64,000 nucleotides of DNA from Chloroflexota bacterium. Lineage in GTDB: Bacteria; Chloroflexota; UBA11872. The DNA lies in NCBI GenBank assembly GCA_028874175.1, contig JAPPLN010000117.1:3938-67937 (forward strand), given 5' to 3'. The notes beneath the pieces are model-generated. The model ran no database searches and had not been told where the DNA came from. It saw only the letters and a program-made list of their open reading frames with translations. Each line of letters begins with the position of its first letter. Within the stretch, counting starts at the first letter, position 1. This document shows, in pieces, positions 1-9,669 of this stretch. A program made the translations under genes and the position numbers.

Positions 1-294
1 CGATCCCGGCCTGACCGTTGAACCGGTGGGGTAGATGCCGCGGATCCCTTCTTCGGGTACATGCGCCAATAGCCGGCCGCGAACGCACGCGGCGAGGAAT
101 CGGGTCTTCCACCGAATCTGGTCGCGGTTGGGATAGCGGTCGCTTCACGTCGGAGACGTCCGGCTCACGACGAGTCAGCCTCCTGTTCCGAAAGCAACCG
201 ACGAGACGAGCTCCCACGTCCGGGATGGCAGCACGTGGCAAAACGAGCGCACTATGGGCGGGAGCGTTGGCGTGCGAGACCAGGGAGTCGAGTT

Positions 295-1254
295 ATGGCG
301 CGGGAGGAGATGGCGGGCGGACTAACGCGGGAGAACCTGCACGGGATCTGGATTGCGCTGACGACGCCGTTTACGGCGGACAACCGGATCGACACGGGCG
401 TCGTGCGGGAGAACGTGCGGCGTTGCCATGCGGCCGGGCTGCACGGGGCGTATACGACCGACAGCGACGGGGAGTTCTACGCGATCGAGCTGGACGACTT
501 TCGCACGCTGGTCGAAGCGTTCGGGGACGAGTGCCAGAAGGTGGACATGCCGTCGCAGGCCGGGGTGACCTGGCTGAACACGCAGGGCACGGTGGACCGC
601 CTGCGGATCGCGGCGGACAGCGGGGTGATGGGCGCGCACGTTGGGCATCCGGTGTTCATGCCGATGACGCCGGCCTCGTTCGACCGGTTCTGGGAGGACG
701 TGTCGGACGCGGTACCCGACGACTTCGGCCTGATCCAATACAACACGCCGCGGCAGCCGCACGTGCTGGGCGGCGCCGAATACCGCGCGTTGGCCGAAAA
801 GTTTCCGAAGCTGATCGGGGCCAAGTACGTGCAGGCGGGCGTGGACGGTTTCATGGACGTGCGGCGGCAGGCGCCGGAGCTGAGCTGCTTTGCCGGGGAA
901 CACGTACTGACGGCGTTTGCCATGCACGGGGCGCGGGGCAACTACTCGTGGATGGCGGGCTACAACCCGACCTTCATGCTGGACTGGTGGGACGAGATCG
1001 AACGCGGCGACTGGGACGCGGCGGCGCGGCGCAACGAGAGGCTGCACGCCTTTGGCGGCATCGCCAAGCGCCACCTGGTGGAAGACGGCAACCTGCACGG
1101 CATCATCGGCAAGGCCATGTCGGCGGCCTCGCCGTTCCTGGTGGAGACCACCTGGGAGACGCGCCGGCCGTACCTGCCGGTGTCACGCAAGGGCTGGGAA
1201 GGGTTCGTGCGCGCGGCGGCTGAGGAGTTTCCGGACCTCGCCTACCAACCGTGA
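295..1254 (+). CDS. Dihydrodipicolinate synthase / N-acetylneuraminate lyase (DapA/NAL) family class I aldolase-dehydratase, probably for sugar-acid catabolism
   Basis: ORF 235..1254 has the DHDPS-family N-terminal signature (IWIALTTPF...DNRID) and TIM-barrel length. The ATG at 295 is preceded by AGGGAG. The ORF-track start at 235 is an alternative. Confidence 0.75.
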   Translation: MAREEMAGGLTRENLHGIWIALTTPFTADNRIDTGVVRENVRRCHAAGLHGAYTTDSDGEFYAIELDDFRTLVEAFGDECQKVDMPSQAGVTWLNTQGTVDRLRIAADSGVMGAHVGHPVFMPMTPASFDRFWEDVSDAVPDDFGLIQYNTPRQPHVLGGAEYRALAEKFPKLIGAKYVQAGVDGFMDVRRQAPELSCFAGEHVLTAFAMHGARGNYSWMAGYNPTFMLDWWDEIERGDWDAAARRNERLHAFGGIAKRHLVEDGNLHGIIGKAMSAASPFLVETTWETRRPYLPVSRKGWEGFVRAAAEEFPDLAYQP

Positions 1255-1285
1255 CCGGTCGGCCCGTGGCAGAGGCTCGCTGCCG

Positions 1286-2854
1286 CTAGCTGCCCCGCTG
1301 GGAGCTTTCGGACTCGGACGGCTCCCCGCTGTGCCTGTGCGTCAGGGCTTCGGCCGGGGTTTGCCTGAGCAGCTCGTCGATGGCCCGATGGGCGGCGGCG
1401 AGTGCGTCGGCTGGGTCCGCCTGGCCCGAGGCGATAGGAAGATCAACGTGGTGTGTCAGCGCGGTCCTGATGCCCGGAGCGTAGGGTCCGTGCAGTGCCC
1501 GGGCGGAGTCGACGGCCTGCATAACCGCGCTGGCGTCCGCTGCGCTATAGCCGCCCTGGAGCTGCAATTGCGCCGCTGACGCTCCGCGTGCCGGCACGCT
1601 GGCCACCGGGGCAATCCGATCGGCTATCCAGTCCAGTGTTCGGAAGGCGGCGTCGGGGTTGTCGCTGCCGCTCAGCAGGGACAGCACGCCAAAGACTGTC
1701 GAATCGGACGCCGCCTGGCGCTGGCGCGGCGGTGCCAACAGGCCGCCGGCGCTGAGTTCGTTGCCAAACAGCCCGCCGAACAGGCCGCCGACCGGCGCGC
1801 CCAGCATGGCCACCGGGGCGCCTTCGACCACCATCTCGGCGCTGTCGGACGACGTCGAGATCGACACGCCTTCGGAGCCCGGTTCGAGCCTGGGGCTAAC
1901 GTCCTCATTGGCGAGATCGTGCAGGAACTCAACGGCTTCCAGAGCAGCAGTGGAATCCAGGCTGGCCTCGCGAGCATCCAGGTTCGCAACTGAGCCGCCG
2001 TTCTGCCAGATCCATTGGTGGCTGGGCATCAATCCCGGCGGCGCAAACGCTCCCCACCGCTGCGGCTGGCCGGCAGCGTCGACCTTGGTGAGACGGCGGG
2101 CGGTTTCCCTGTACTCCTCCCAGTCCCAGTCGCGCAGATCTTCGGGATCAACGCCCGCATCGACGAAGTGGTCCGGGGTATAGCGCAGCATGCTGACGCT
2201 GACCCAGAGCGGCAGGCCGAACAGGTTGCCGTCGGTCGTCAACTCGCCGACCGAGGAAGGGAGAAAGTCGTCCGCGCTGAAGCCGGGGGCGGATGCGGCG
2301 GGGCCATTGACGGGCGCCACGTGGCCGCGCTCGGCAAGGGTGAGGGCGATTTCCGGGCTGAGGACCAGCAGCGCGTCGAGCTGTGGATGGTTGGGCAGTA
2401 TGGCCTCGACCGCCGTGGCGATCTCCTGCGAACCAAAGGTGAGCGCCTGCTCGAATTGAACGATGCGTAACTCGGCGGGCGCCTCGGCGGCGGGCGCGGA
2501 GTCCGCGGCGAGACCGGCAATCCTCAGCGCCACAGGGTCGAAAAGCGGGTTTCCGGTGGGGATGCCGATGGTGACAGGAGCAGCAGGCTGCGGCTGGGCG
2601 GTGCGTTCCCGGACGGCGACCACGGGGGTAACGGGCCGGGAGGCCGGCGAGGCGGCCCGACCCGCGAGCGCCGGCGGCTCGGGTAACTCGGGATCGCCGC
2701 AGGCAGCCAGCAGAGCGGCAGCAGAAGCGCCCAGGACGCCCCAGCCGACGCCGCGCAGCAGCGTGCGGCGAGCCACGGGGCGGGAGCGCGGGTTCAGGCG
2801 TGACAGTGTGGAATGGCCGGACACGAGGCGTACTCCGCAGCAAGGAACTACCAC
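1286..2854 (-). CDS. ABC-transporter solute-binding lipoprotein (family 1-like), Tat-type signal plus lipobox, paralog A
   Basis: The N-terminus RRTLLRGVGWGVLGASAAALLAACGD gives a twin-arginine motif and a lipobox Cys, followed by a Pro/Ala-rich linker. SBP-like motifs are present (DWDWEEYRETARRL, WIWQNGG). It is about 55% identical to ORF 3561..5132. Confidence 0.7.
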   Translation of the reverse strand: MVVPCCGVRLVSGHSTLSRLNPRSRPVARRTLLRGVGWGVLGASAAALLAACGDPELPEPPALAGRAASPASRPVTPVVAVRERTAQPQPAAPVTIGIPTGNPLFDPVALRIAGLAADSAPAAEAPAELRIVQFEQALTFGSQEIATAVEAILPNHPQLDALLVLSPEIALTLAERGHVAPVNGPAASAPGFSADDFLPSSVGELTTDGNLFGLPLWVSVSMLRYTPDHFVDAGVDPEDLRDWDWEEYRETARRLTKVDAAGQPQRWGAFAPPGLMPSHQWIWQNGGSVANLDAREASLDSTAALEAVEFLHDLANEDVSPRLEPGSEGVSISTSSDSAEMVVEGAPVAMLGAPVGGLFGGLFGNELSAGGLLAPPRQRQAASDSTVFGVLSLLSGSDNPDAAFRTLDWIADRIAPVASVPARGASAAQLQLQGGYSAADASAVMQAVDSARALHGPYAPGIRTALTHHVDLPIASGQADPADALAAAHRAIDELLRQTPAEALTHRHSGEPSESESSQRGS

Positions 2855-2937
2855 GCAAAAGGATTGCTGGCGGCACGCGCCTCGCCATCGGCCAATCTCT
2901 ATATTTTTCGGACCGCCCCTAGGTCGAACGGGTTAGA

Positions 2938-2994
2938 TCGAAAGGGCTACTCGAGGCGGCGGAGGATTTTCCGGACTTGACCTACCGGCCGTAG
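2938..2994 (+). pseudogene. Remnant of the 3' end of a DHDPS-family gene, a scar of the tandem duplication
   Basis: cgaaagggctactcgaggcggcggaggattttccggacttgacctaccggccgtag aligns with 1186..1254 of the upstream gene (…AAEEFPDLAYQP*). It carries an internal deletion and a frameshift. Confidence 0.5.
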
Positions 2995-3028
2995 CCGCTC
3001 GGCCGGTGAAAACGGACTGCCGAAGTGG

Positions 3029-3331
3029 TCAGTCGCGTCCCGTCATCGCCATGCCCCGTCGGGCAGAAAACAGCGGCCGGAGCGCATTGATCAGGCCTGC
3101 GAAAATCGCGAGATAGAAGACTCCGCTCCCGTAGATAGTCGCCCATCCGCCGCTGTCGAGAATCTCGTATTCGAAAAACTCAAGCTGCCCAAGCTTGATA
3201 TCAAACCCGCCCCAACTGGCCAGGACCGCCAGAATGGCCGAAGCAGATCCAACACCAACCAGAACACCAAGTACGAGCAGTGAACCGACCACGAAGAGGA
3301 ACAAGGATCGCAGCCAGGGCCGCTCAGTCAT
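3029..3331 (-). CDS. Small hypothetical membrane protein with two predicted TM helices
   Basis: ORF 3029..3424. The internal ATG at 3331 (MTERPW…) is preceded by GAGGGG. It has a strongly hydrophobic segment, LFLFVVGSLLVLGVLVGVGSASAILAVLA. Confidence 0.4.
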   Translation of the reverse strand: MTERPWLRSLFLFVVGSLLVLGVLVGVGSASAILAVLASWGGFDIKLGQLEFFEYEILDSGGWATIYGSGVFYLAIFAGLINALRPLFSARRGMAMTGRD

Positions 3332-3560
3332 CAATCCCCTCAGCATCCCCACGTCCCGGCTCCTCAGACTCCGCCGAGACGAGCACCGCAACCACAAGGG
3401 TCGCGGACGTCCGGCCGCTGCCATTCCGACCGTTCGGACTCAAAGTTCTATCACCGGCGCGCGGGGCAGGCAAGGTTGGGCGTCCGGCCCGGAGCGCCCC
3501 CTGGGGCTCAGGATTTGGGCGGTTTATTGGGTGCCGCCGGGTCACAGCATGTGGTTGGAG

Positions 3561-5132
3561 TCAGCCGCCGCGGACCTGGGTGCTGCTACTGGCGCCTATC
3601 TGGATGCCGGCGCCGGCGGTCTGGGACAGCGCCTCCTCCGCGCTTTGCTCGAGGAGTTCGTCGATGGCGGCGGCAGCGCTTGTGATCGCCTCCGCGGGAT
3701 CGGCCTGGCCCAGGGTCATAGGGCCGTCCACGTGCTGCAGCAAGGCGCCCTTGATTGGCGAGGCGTAGGGTCCCGGGATGGCGCGGGCGGCCTGGACCGC
3801 CTGCATGATCGCCCCGGCGTCGGCGTCACCGTAGCCACCCTGGCCGCGCAACTGCTCGGCCGAAGCCCCGCGCGCGGGCACGGTGGCCGCGGGAGCGATC
3901 TGGGCCGCCACCCAGTCCAGGGTCCGGAACGCGGCGTCCCGGTTGGGGCTGGAGGTGAGCAGACTCAGGACGCCGAACACTTCCGATTCGACAGCCGCGA
4001 CGCGCCGGCGCGGCGGGGCGAGCAAGACGCCGCCCCCAAACGGGTTGCCGATGGAGCCGCCGCCGAAGAGTCCGCCAAGGAGGCCGCCAATGGGGGTGCC
4101 GGACATGGCGATCGGCGCGCCCTGGATGGTCATCCGGCCGTCGGTGATCTGCACGGCCACGGCACCCTCACCGGACGCGTCGGGCTCGAACTTCGGGCTC
4201 ACGTCGTCGTTCGCCAGATCGCGCAGGAACTGCACGGCCTCCAGGGCGGTGGTGGTGTCAAGGACCGCCTGCCGCGCCTCCAGGTCGACGACCGAGCCGC
4301 CGTTCTGCCAGATCCACTGCTGACTGGGCAGCATGGTCGGTGGAATCCAGAGTCCCCACTGCGAGGGATTGCCGGCGGCATCCACCTGCATCAGCCGTCG
4401 GGCGGTGTCCCGGAACTGGTCCCAGTCCCAATCGCGCAGGCTTTCCAGATCGACGCCGGCGTCTTCAAGGAGTTCCGGGTTGCACTGCAGCAGGTTGACG
4501 GACGTCCAGAGCGGAATTCCAAAAAGGTCGCCGTCCCAGGTGAGCGCGTCGATGGCGGAGGGCAGGAAGTCGCCGGCATTGAAGTCGGGCGCGGACGCGG
4601 CGGGGCCGTTGACCGCGGCCACGTGTCCGCGGGCGGCCAGCAGCAGGGTCAGATCCGCGTTCAAGAGCAACACCGCGTCGAGCTGCGGATGGCTGGCCAG
4701 CAGGGCCTCGACCGCGGTCGCAATCTCCGTCGCATTGAAGCTGAGGGCCTGCTCGAACTGGACGACGCTCAGGTCGCCCGGGGCCTCCGCGGTCCGCGTA
4801 GCGTCGGCGGCCAGGCCGGTGACGCGCAGGCTCACCTGGTCGAAGAGCGGATTGCCGGTGGGGACGCCAATGGTGATCGGGGCGCCGGGCTGGGGCGTGG
4901 CCTCGCGTTCGTCAGCCGCGACGACGGGTGTGACGGGTCCCGACCCGGATGCGGCGGTTCGGCCCGAGGCCGGCGGCGGTTTGGGCAACTCCGGATCGCC
5001 GCAGGCGGCCAGCACGGCGGCGGCCGATGCGCCGATGGCGGCCCAGCCGGCACACCGAAGCATGGAGCGGCGCGAGATATGGCCGATGTGGTTCAGGGTG
5101 CGGGAGTCAGCGTGACGAAGGTTCGACTTCAT
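3561..5132 (-). CDS. ABC-transporter solute-binding lipoprotein, paralog B (tandem duplicate of 1286..2854)
   Basis: SRRSMLR Tat motif, then lipobox AACGD. It is collinear with paralog A over the full length. Confidence 0.7.
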   Translation of the reverse strand: MKSNLRHADSRTLNHIGHISRRSMLRCAGWAAIGASAAAVLAACGDPELPKPPPASGRTAASGSGPVTPVVAADEREATPQPGAPITIGVPTGNPLFDQVSLRVTGLAADATRTAEAPGDLSVVQFEQALSFNATEIATAVEALLASHPQLDAVLLLNADLTLLLAARGHVAAVNGPAASAPDFNAGDFLPSAIDALTWDGDLFGIPLWTSVNLLQCNPELLEDAGVDLESLRDWDWDQFRDTARRLMQVDAAGNPSQWGLWIPPTMLPSQQWIWQNGGSVVDLEARQAVLDTTTALEAVQFLRDLANDDVSPKFEPDASGEGAVAVQITDGRMTIQGAPIAMSGTPIGGLLGGLFGGGSIGNPFGGGVLLAPPRRRVAAVESEVFGVLSLLTSSPNRDAAFRTLDWVAAQIAPAATVPARGASAEQLRGQGGYGDADAGAIMQAVQAARAIPGPYASPIKGALLQHVDGPMTLGQADPAEAITSAAAAIDELLEQSAEEALSQTAGAGIQIGASSSTQVRGG

Positions 5133-5155
5133 GGCGCGCCTTTGGCTGTCTCCCT

Positions 5156-5198
5156 TGCGCCATCACTCTACGCCGCCCACCGGGCTGCGCCATCACTC
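5156..5198. promoter_or_regulatory. Two direct repeats of TGCGCCATCACTC spaced 30 nt apart, just upstream of the SBP paralog B start
   Basis: Exact 13-nt direct repeat at 5156..5168 and 5186..5198, which is 24-66 nt upstream of the start at 5132. Confidence 0.25.
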
Positions 5199-5363
5199 AA
5201 AAGGACTAATCCTCAGGCCGCACCACCGGCCAATCGGACGAGTTGCCTGTACCGGCGCCCGGGGCCAGACACATGGGACCAAGAGGGTGCCCACAAGGGG
5301 CACCCCTACGGGATGGATGCGGGCGTCGCGGGTCAGCGAGGAATCGGGCCCGGCTTGTCCCGA

Positions 5364-6110
5364 CTAGCGGGTGAAGACGGTGCCGCGGACGTAGTCGGCT
5401 TCGTCGGAGGCCAGGAAGGCGAGGACGCGGGCTACGCCGATGGGGTCGCCGAGTTCGGCGTGGCGGCGGCGGATTTCTTCGTCGGAGACGCCGGCGGCCT
5501 GGCCGACATCGATCACGTTTTGCAGCTTGAGGGCGGTGGCGATGCTGCCCGGGGCCACGGTGTTGACGCGGATGGGGTAGTAGCCCATTCGTCCTTGCAT
5601 GACCAGACCCAGTCCATGTACGGCGCCCTTGCTGGTGCCATAGGCGAACGACGAACTTCCGCTGGTGACCCCGGCGCCGGAGGCCAGCAGCAGGATTACG
5701 CCGCCAGCTTCGCCCATGGCGCGCACGGCGTGCTTGGCGCAGAGGAACATGCCGCGGGCGTTGATGCCGAGAACGCGGTCGAAGGTGGCGGTCTCGAAGT
5801 CCTCGATAGGAATCGTGGCGCCCTGGAGGATGCCGGCGCAGGCGATGAGGACGTTGAGGCGGCCAAGCTCTGATGTTGCGGCGAGCAGGTCTTCGACGTC
5901 GGATTCGTTAGCTACGTCGCAGGCGACGAAGTGGACGGTCTGCCCTTGGGCGGCCAGGTTGTCGGCAATGGCCGCGCCCTCACTCTGCGGGAGGTCGGCG
6001 AGCACCACGCGGGCGCCGCGCTGGGCGCAAAGCTCGACCGTGGCGCGGCCGATGCCGGATGCGCCGCCGGTGACGATGATGACGCGGTCTTGAAGCGAGT
6101 CGGTGGTCAT
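5364..6110 (-). CDS. Short-chain dehydrogenase/reductase (SDR) family oxidoreductase
   Basis: TGGASGIGRA cofactor motif and YGTSK catalytic motif. The start at 6110 (MTTDSLQDRVIIVTGG) is preceded by GAGGA. Confidence 0.85.
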   Translation of the reverse strand: MTTDSLQDRVIIVTGGASGIGRATVELCAQRGARVVLADLPQSEGAAIADNLAAQGQTVHFVACDVANESDVEDLLAATSELGRLNVLIACAGILQGATIPIEDFETATFDRVLGINARGMFLCAKHAVRAMGEAGGVILLLASGAGVTSGSSSFAYGTSKGAVHGLGLVMQGRMGYYPIRVNTVAPGSIATALKLQNVIDVGQAAGVSDEEIRRRHAELGDPIGVARVLAFLASDEADYVRGTVFTR

Positions 6111-6200
6111 CGGACTGCGTCCTCGTGGAGGTTGCAATGTTTCACGTGAAACATTCGCGCTGTTTCTGACCGCAGAGCCGAACTTCGGGCTTCAACGGCA

Positions 6201-7061
6201 TCAGGCAGGATCCCAGTTGAGGCCAGCCTCAGCCATTGCGGCGTCGAGGACGCGTTTGGCTTCGGGGATGAGTTCGGGGGGGAGGTGTTCGATGAGGACC
6301 CAGGCGCGGGGGGCGATTTCGTTCAGGGCCTTCAGCCAGGCCGCGTGGTCGACCACGCCCTCGCCGAGCTGGACTTCCTCGATGTGCAGCACCAGGCGGT
6401 CCTCGAGGGTGTAGTCCTTCCAGTGGGCGGCTGGAATGCGTCCCCGAGCGGCCTCCAGCAGGCGGGCATAGACCGGGTCGGGATTCCAGGCGTCCCAGAT
6501 GCTGCCGATGAAGTTCACGGGGTCCAGGTTGAAGCCGAGGGCGTGGGTGGGAATCCGGCGGAAGAGCTCGGCGATGCGCTCGGGACGATCCAGCACCGAG
6601 AGGACGTGACCCTCGACGGTGAGCGTGATGCCTTCGGCCTCGGCGGCCTCGGCTATAGCGGCGATGCTCTCGACGGCGCGGTCGAAGGCGGCGTCCTGGT
6701 GGTGATCGGGATGGGGGTACCAGGGACCGACGGGGTTGAGGCCGCCGGGGCGGATGTAGAGCGTTTCGGCCCGCAGCGCGTGGGCGGCCTGCATGTGCCG
6801 CCGCATGCCGTCGATGCCGGCCTGGCGAACGGCGGGCTCCAGCGAAACCAGCGAGGGGTACTGGCCGTTGGCCTGCGCGACGGTCAGACCCTCGGCGCTG
6901 AGCAGGTCGCCGACGCGTCGGAACTCTTCGATCGAATAGGTATCTGGCTGGCCGAGCTGCACGCTTGTGCCGGTGAAGCCAAGCTCAAGGGCGCGTCGGG
7001 CGTCGGCTGCCGTGATTGACGGGGGAGTGGACGGCAACAGTCCAACGACTCCGCTGCGCAT
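6201..7061 (-). CDS. Sugar phosphate isomerase/epimerase (xylose-isomerase-like TIM barrel)
   Basis: A 286-aa ORF with a composition and length typical of the AP-endonuclease-2/xylose-isomerase-like fold. It lies 52 nt downstream of the MFS gene. Confidence 0.75.
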   Translation of the reverse strand: MRSGVVGLLPSTPPSITAADARRALELGFTGTSVQLGQPDTYSIEEFRRVGDLLSAEGLTVAQANGQYPSLVSLEPAVRQAGIDGMRRHMQAAHALRAETLYIRPGGLNPVGPWYPHPDHHQDAAFDRAVESIAAIAEAAEAEGITLTVEGHVLSVLDRPERIAELFRRIPTHALGFNLDPVNFIGSIWDAWNPDPVYARLLEAARGRIPAAHWKDYTLEDRLVLHIEEVQLGEGVVDHAAWLKALNEIAPRAWVLIEHLPPELIPEAKRVLDAAMAEAGLNWDPA

Positions 7062-7113
7062 ACGCTGGCTCCGGTTGCGTGAGACCAGGTGATGGTAGTA
7101 CGGCGGGGCGGGA

Positions 7114-8424
7114 TCAGTGGTCGGCGGGGTCTACTGCCGCCTCGGCGTCGAGGGTCCAGAGTTCGCGGCCCCAGACCATGATGAAGAGCACGACGGCCAC
7201 GCTGAGACTACCGCCGAGGACCATGGCGGTGGGCATGCCGCGTGTCTCGGCCACGATGGAGATGGGCATCAGGCCCAGCGGCGTAAGGCCCCAGCCGAGC
7301 ATCCAGATGGACATGACGCGTCCGCGCAGGCGGTTGGGCGCGAGCAGTTGAATCATGGTCTGGTTGTTGGCCATGTACACGGCCGAGAAGAGACCGGCGA
7401 ACGCCATGACGATCCCGGCCGCCAGGGGTGAGCGGGTCAGCCCGAGCACGATGATCGCTACGCCGAAGGCGGCGGCGCTGAGCATGACGACCGGGCCCTT
7501 GCGGCGGCTGCCGGCATGGGCGACCACGGCCACCGACCCGATGACCGCCCCGATGCCCTGGGCGGCCAGCACCAGGCCCAACTCCTCCGATCCCGCGTTG
7601 AGGTCCTGCTTCACGAAGATGGGCAGGATCATGACCATGGGCATGCTGAAGAGGGAGGGCGACAGGCCCAGCAGCAGCAGCGCGGCCAGCGGGCGGGTGC
7701 TGAAGGCGAATTTGAACCCGTCGCGCAGCGCGACAAACGGCGATCCGCGGGTCCTGGGGTGCTGATCACCCCCGCGGACCGACAGGACGTTGACCATGCC
7801 CCACAGGTAGCCGCCGGTCTGCACGAAATAGGTGCCGGCGATGCCGATGACGCCGATCAGCCAGCCGGCCAGCGCGGGACCGACGATGCGGGAGGCGTTC
7901 ATGGTGGTGCTGGTGAGCGCGATGGCATTGCTGACGTGGCGGCGCGGCACCAGGTCGGACACCAGGGCGTTGCGGGACGGCACGCTGATGGCGAAGGAGG
8001 TGCCCGCCATGACGCTGGAGACCGCCAGGTGCCAGATCTCAATGCGGCCGGTCGCGACCAGCACGCCAATGGCGAGCCCGGCCGCGGTGAAGATCAGTTG
8101 GGAGGTAATGAGCAGCTTGGTGCGGCTGACGCGATCGGCCAGGACGCCGCCGAACGGCGACAGCACGAGCATGGGAATGGCGCGGACCATGGCCAGGGTT
8201 CCCAGGATGAGCGGAGACTCGGTGATGACCGCGACCAGCCAGCCCTGGGCGACGTTCTGCATCCAGAAGGCCATCATGGTCCCCAGGTTGGCTCGCCAGA
8301 GCCGGACGAAGTCGCGATAGGCAAAGGCGGGCGCCAGGCGGTCGCGGTGTCGGGCCAGGCGCGAGCGCCGGCCGGAGGGGGCTTCGAGCGGCGAGGGCGG
8401 GGCCGCCGGGCTATCGCTGGTCAT
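7114..8424 (-). CDS. MFS transporter
   Basis: 436 aa with about 12 TM segments and MFS-like loop motifs. Confidence 0.85.
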   Translation of the reverse strand: MTSDSPAAPPSPLEAPSGRRSRLARHRDRLAPAFAYRDFVRLWRANLGTMMAFWMQNVAQGWLVAVITESPLILGTLAMVRAIPMLVLSPFGGVLADRVSRTKLLITSQLIFTAAGLAIGVLVATGRIEIWHLAVSSVMAGTSFAISVPSRNALVSDLVPRRHVSNAIALTSTTMNASRIVGPALAGWLIGVIGIAGTYFVQTGGYLWGMVNVLSVRGGDQHPRTRGSPFVALRDGFKFAFSTRPLAALLLLGLSPSLFSMPMVMILPIFVKQDLNAGSEELGLVLAAQGIGAVIGSVAVVAHAGSRRKGPVVMLSAAAFGVAIIVLGLTRSPLAAGIVMAFAGLFSAVYMANNQTMIQLLAPNRLRGRVMSIWMLGWGLTPLGLMPISIVAETRGMPTAMVLGGSLSVAVVLFIMVWGRELWTLDAEAAVDPADH

Positions 8425-8520
8425 GGGTCACGCCTGCGCGGATCCTTCCGGCGAAAACCTGAGATCCGGTTCCGCCAGTCCGAATGATTGACGATTGGCG
8501 GGCGCGCGCCAACTGGCGAA

Positions 8521-9507
8521 CTAATGGCAGGTGACGGACGCGCCACGATCGGCCGCCCGGCGGGCGGCGTCGATGATGTCGACGACCCTTGCAGCCTCTT
8601 GCGCGGAGACGGACATGGGTCGGCCTTCGCGAATGGCGGCGACGAACTCGGTCAGTTCGTCGTTCCAGGGGTCTTCGTCGGGAATGGGCAGCATGCGCGC
8701 CCCGTCGGCGTCGGTGACGCCGAGGTGATCGGCGGCTTCGCTGAAGTCGACCGTCCCCCTCCGGCAGATGACCGTGCGGCCCGACTCGGATGAGCCGTCG
8801 AACCCGCGACGGTAGGTGATGGTCGCCAGACCGCCGTCCTGGAAGCGCAGGTTGACGACGGCCACGGCCCGGTCGAACACATGGCCCGCCGGCTCCATGG
8901 TGGCGGCCGCGGCGATGTGGGTGATTGGCCCGCGGCCGTAGATGGCGGGGTAGCCCAGAAGGATGGCGTAGACGAGGGGGTGTCCGCTGATGCGCTGGTC
9001 GAACCCGGCGTCGCGGCCGGCGCGCAGGTCGTAGGGAAAGTGGACGGTCAGGTCGTCGTGCAACGCACCACCGAGCGCGGCGGTCTGCTCGCGAACAAGG
9101 CGCGGTCCGGGGCGGAGCGGACTGGTGTGGCCAACGCGAATGACAAGTCTTCGCTCTTCAGCCACTCGTAGCAGACGCGAGGCGTCCAGCGTCGTGAGCG
9201 CCAGCGGGGATTCGCTGAAGAGGTGCTTACCGGCCGCCAGAGCGGCCGCGCCCATTGGGGCATGGGTGTCGGGGTGGGTGGTGACGATGACCGCGTCGAC
9301 GTCGGGACGCGTGACCGTTGCCTCCCAGTCCTCGGAGTGCTCGACATCGAATCGCGCGGCCAACGCGGCGCGAGTCTCGGGATTGCGACCGGCGACGGCC
9401 GCGAGATCCAGGTCGGTGCGGGCGGCTATGCGCTCGGCTCGCGCCACGGCCATGCCGCCGCTGCCGACGATGGCGACGCGGAGCGGTGAGGGGGCGGGCT
9501 CAGGCAT
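8521..9507 (-). CDS. Gfo/Idh/MocA-family NAD(P)-dependent oxidoreductase
   Basis: LRVAIVGSGGMA Rossmann N-terminus and the AAALAAGKHLFSEKP family signature. The start at 9507 (MPEPAPSPLRVAIVG) is used. Confidence 0.85.
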   Translation of the reverse strand: MPEPAPSPLRVAIVGSGGMAVARAERIAARTDLDLAAVAGRNPETRAALAARFDVEHSEDWEATVTRPDVDAVIVTTHPDTHAPMGAAALAAGKHLFSESPLALTTLDASRLLRVAEERRLVIRVGHTSPLRPGPRLVREQTAALGGALHDDLTVHFPYDLRAGRDAGFDQRISGHPLVYAILLGYPAIYGRGPITHIAAAATMEPAGHVFDRAVAVVNLRFQDGGLATITYRRGFDGSSESGRTVICRRGTVDFSEAADHLGVTDADGARMLPIPDEDPWNDELTEFVAAIREGRPMSVSAQEAARVVDIIDAARRAADRGASVTCH

Positions 9508-9669
9508 GTGCCGGCCGGCTGAACTGTCGGGCGGGTCGGCTGCTTCGCATCCCAGACTTCTCCGTGAGCGCGGCGTCGCGTCCATTCTGGACGTAGGACG
9601 CGCGGTACGCGAACCCGCGCGGGGCGTGCCATGATGCCGCCGCAGCGATCCCCTGAATCAGGAATACTC

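Noticed and set aside
18-1223. 401-aa ORF overlapping the DHDPS-family gene in another frame
   Set aside because: An Arg/Gly-rich low-complexity translation. The overlapping frame from 295 has a clear DHDPS signature.
3195-5873. 892-aa ORF on the plus strand
   Set aside because: It lies antisense to the SBP paralog B and SDR genes. Its Gly/Ala/Arg-rich composition is typical of spurious reverse-strand ORFs in high-GC DNA, and it has no recognisable domain.
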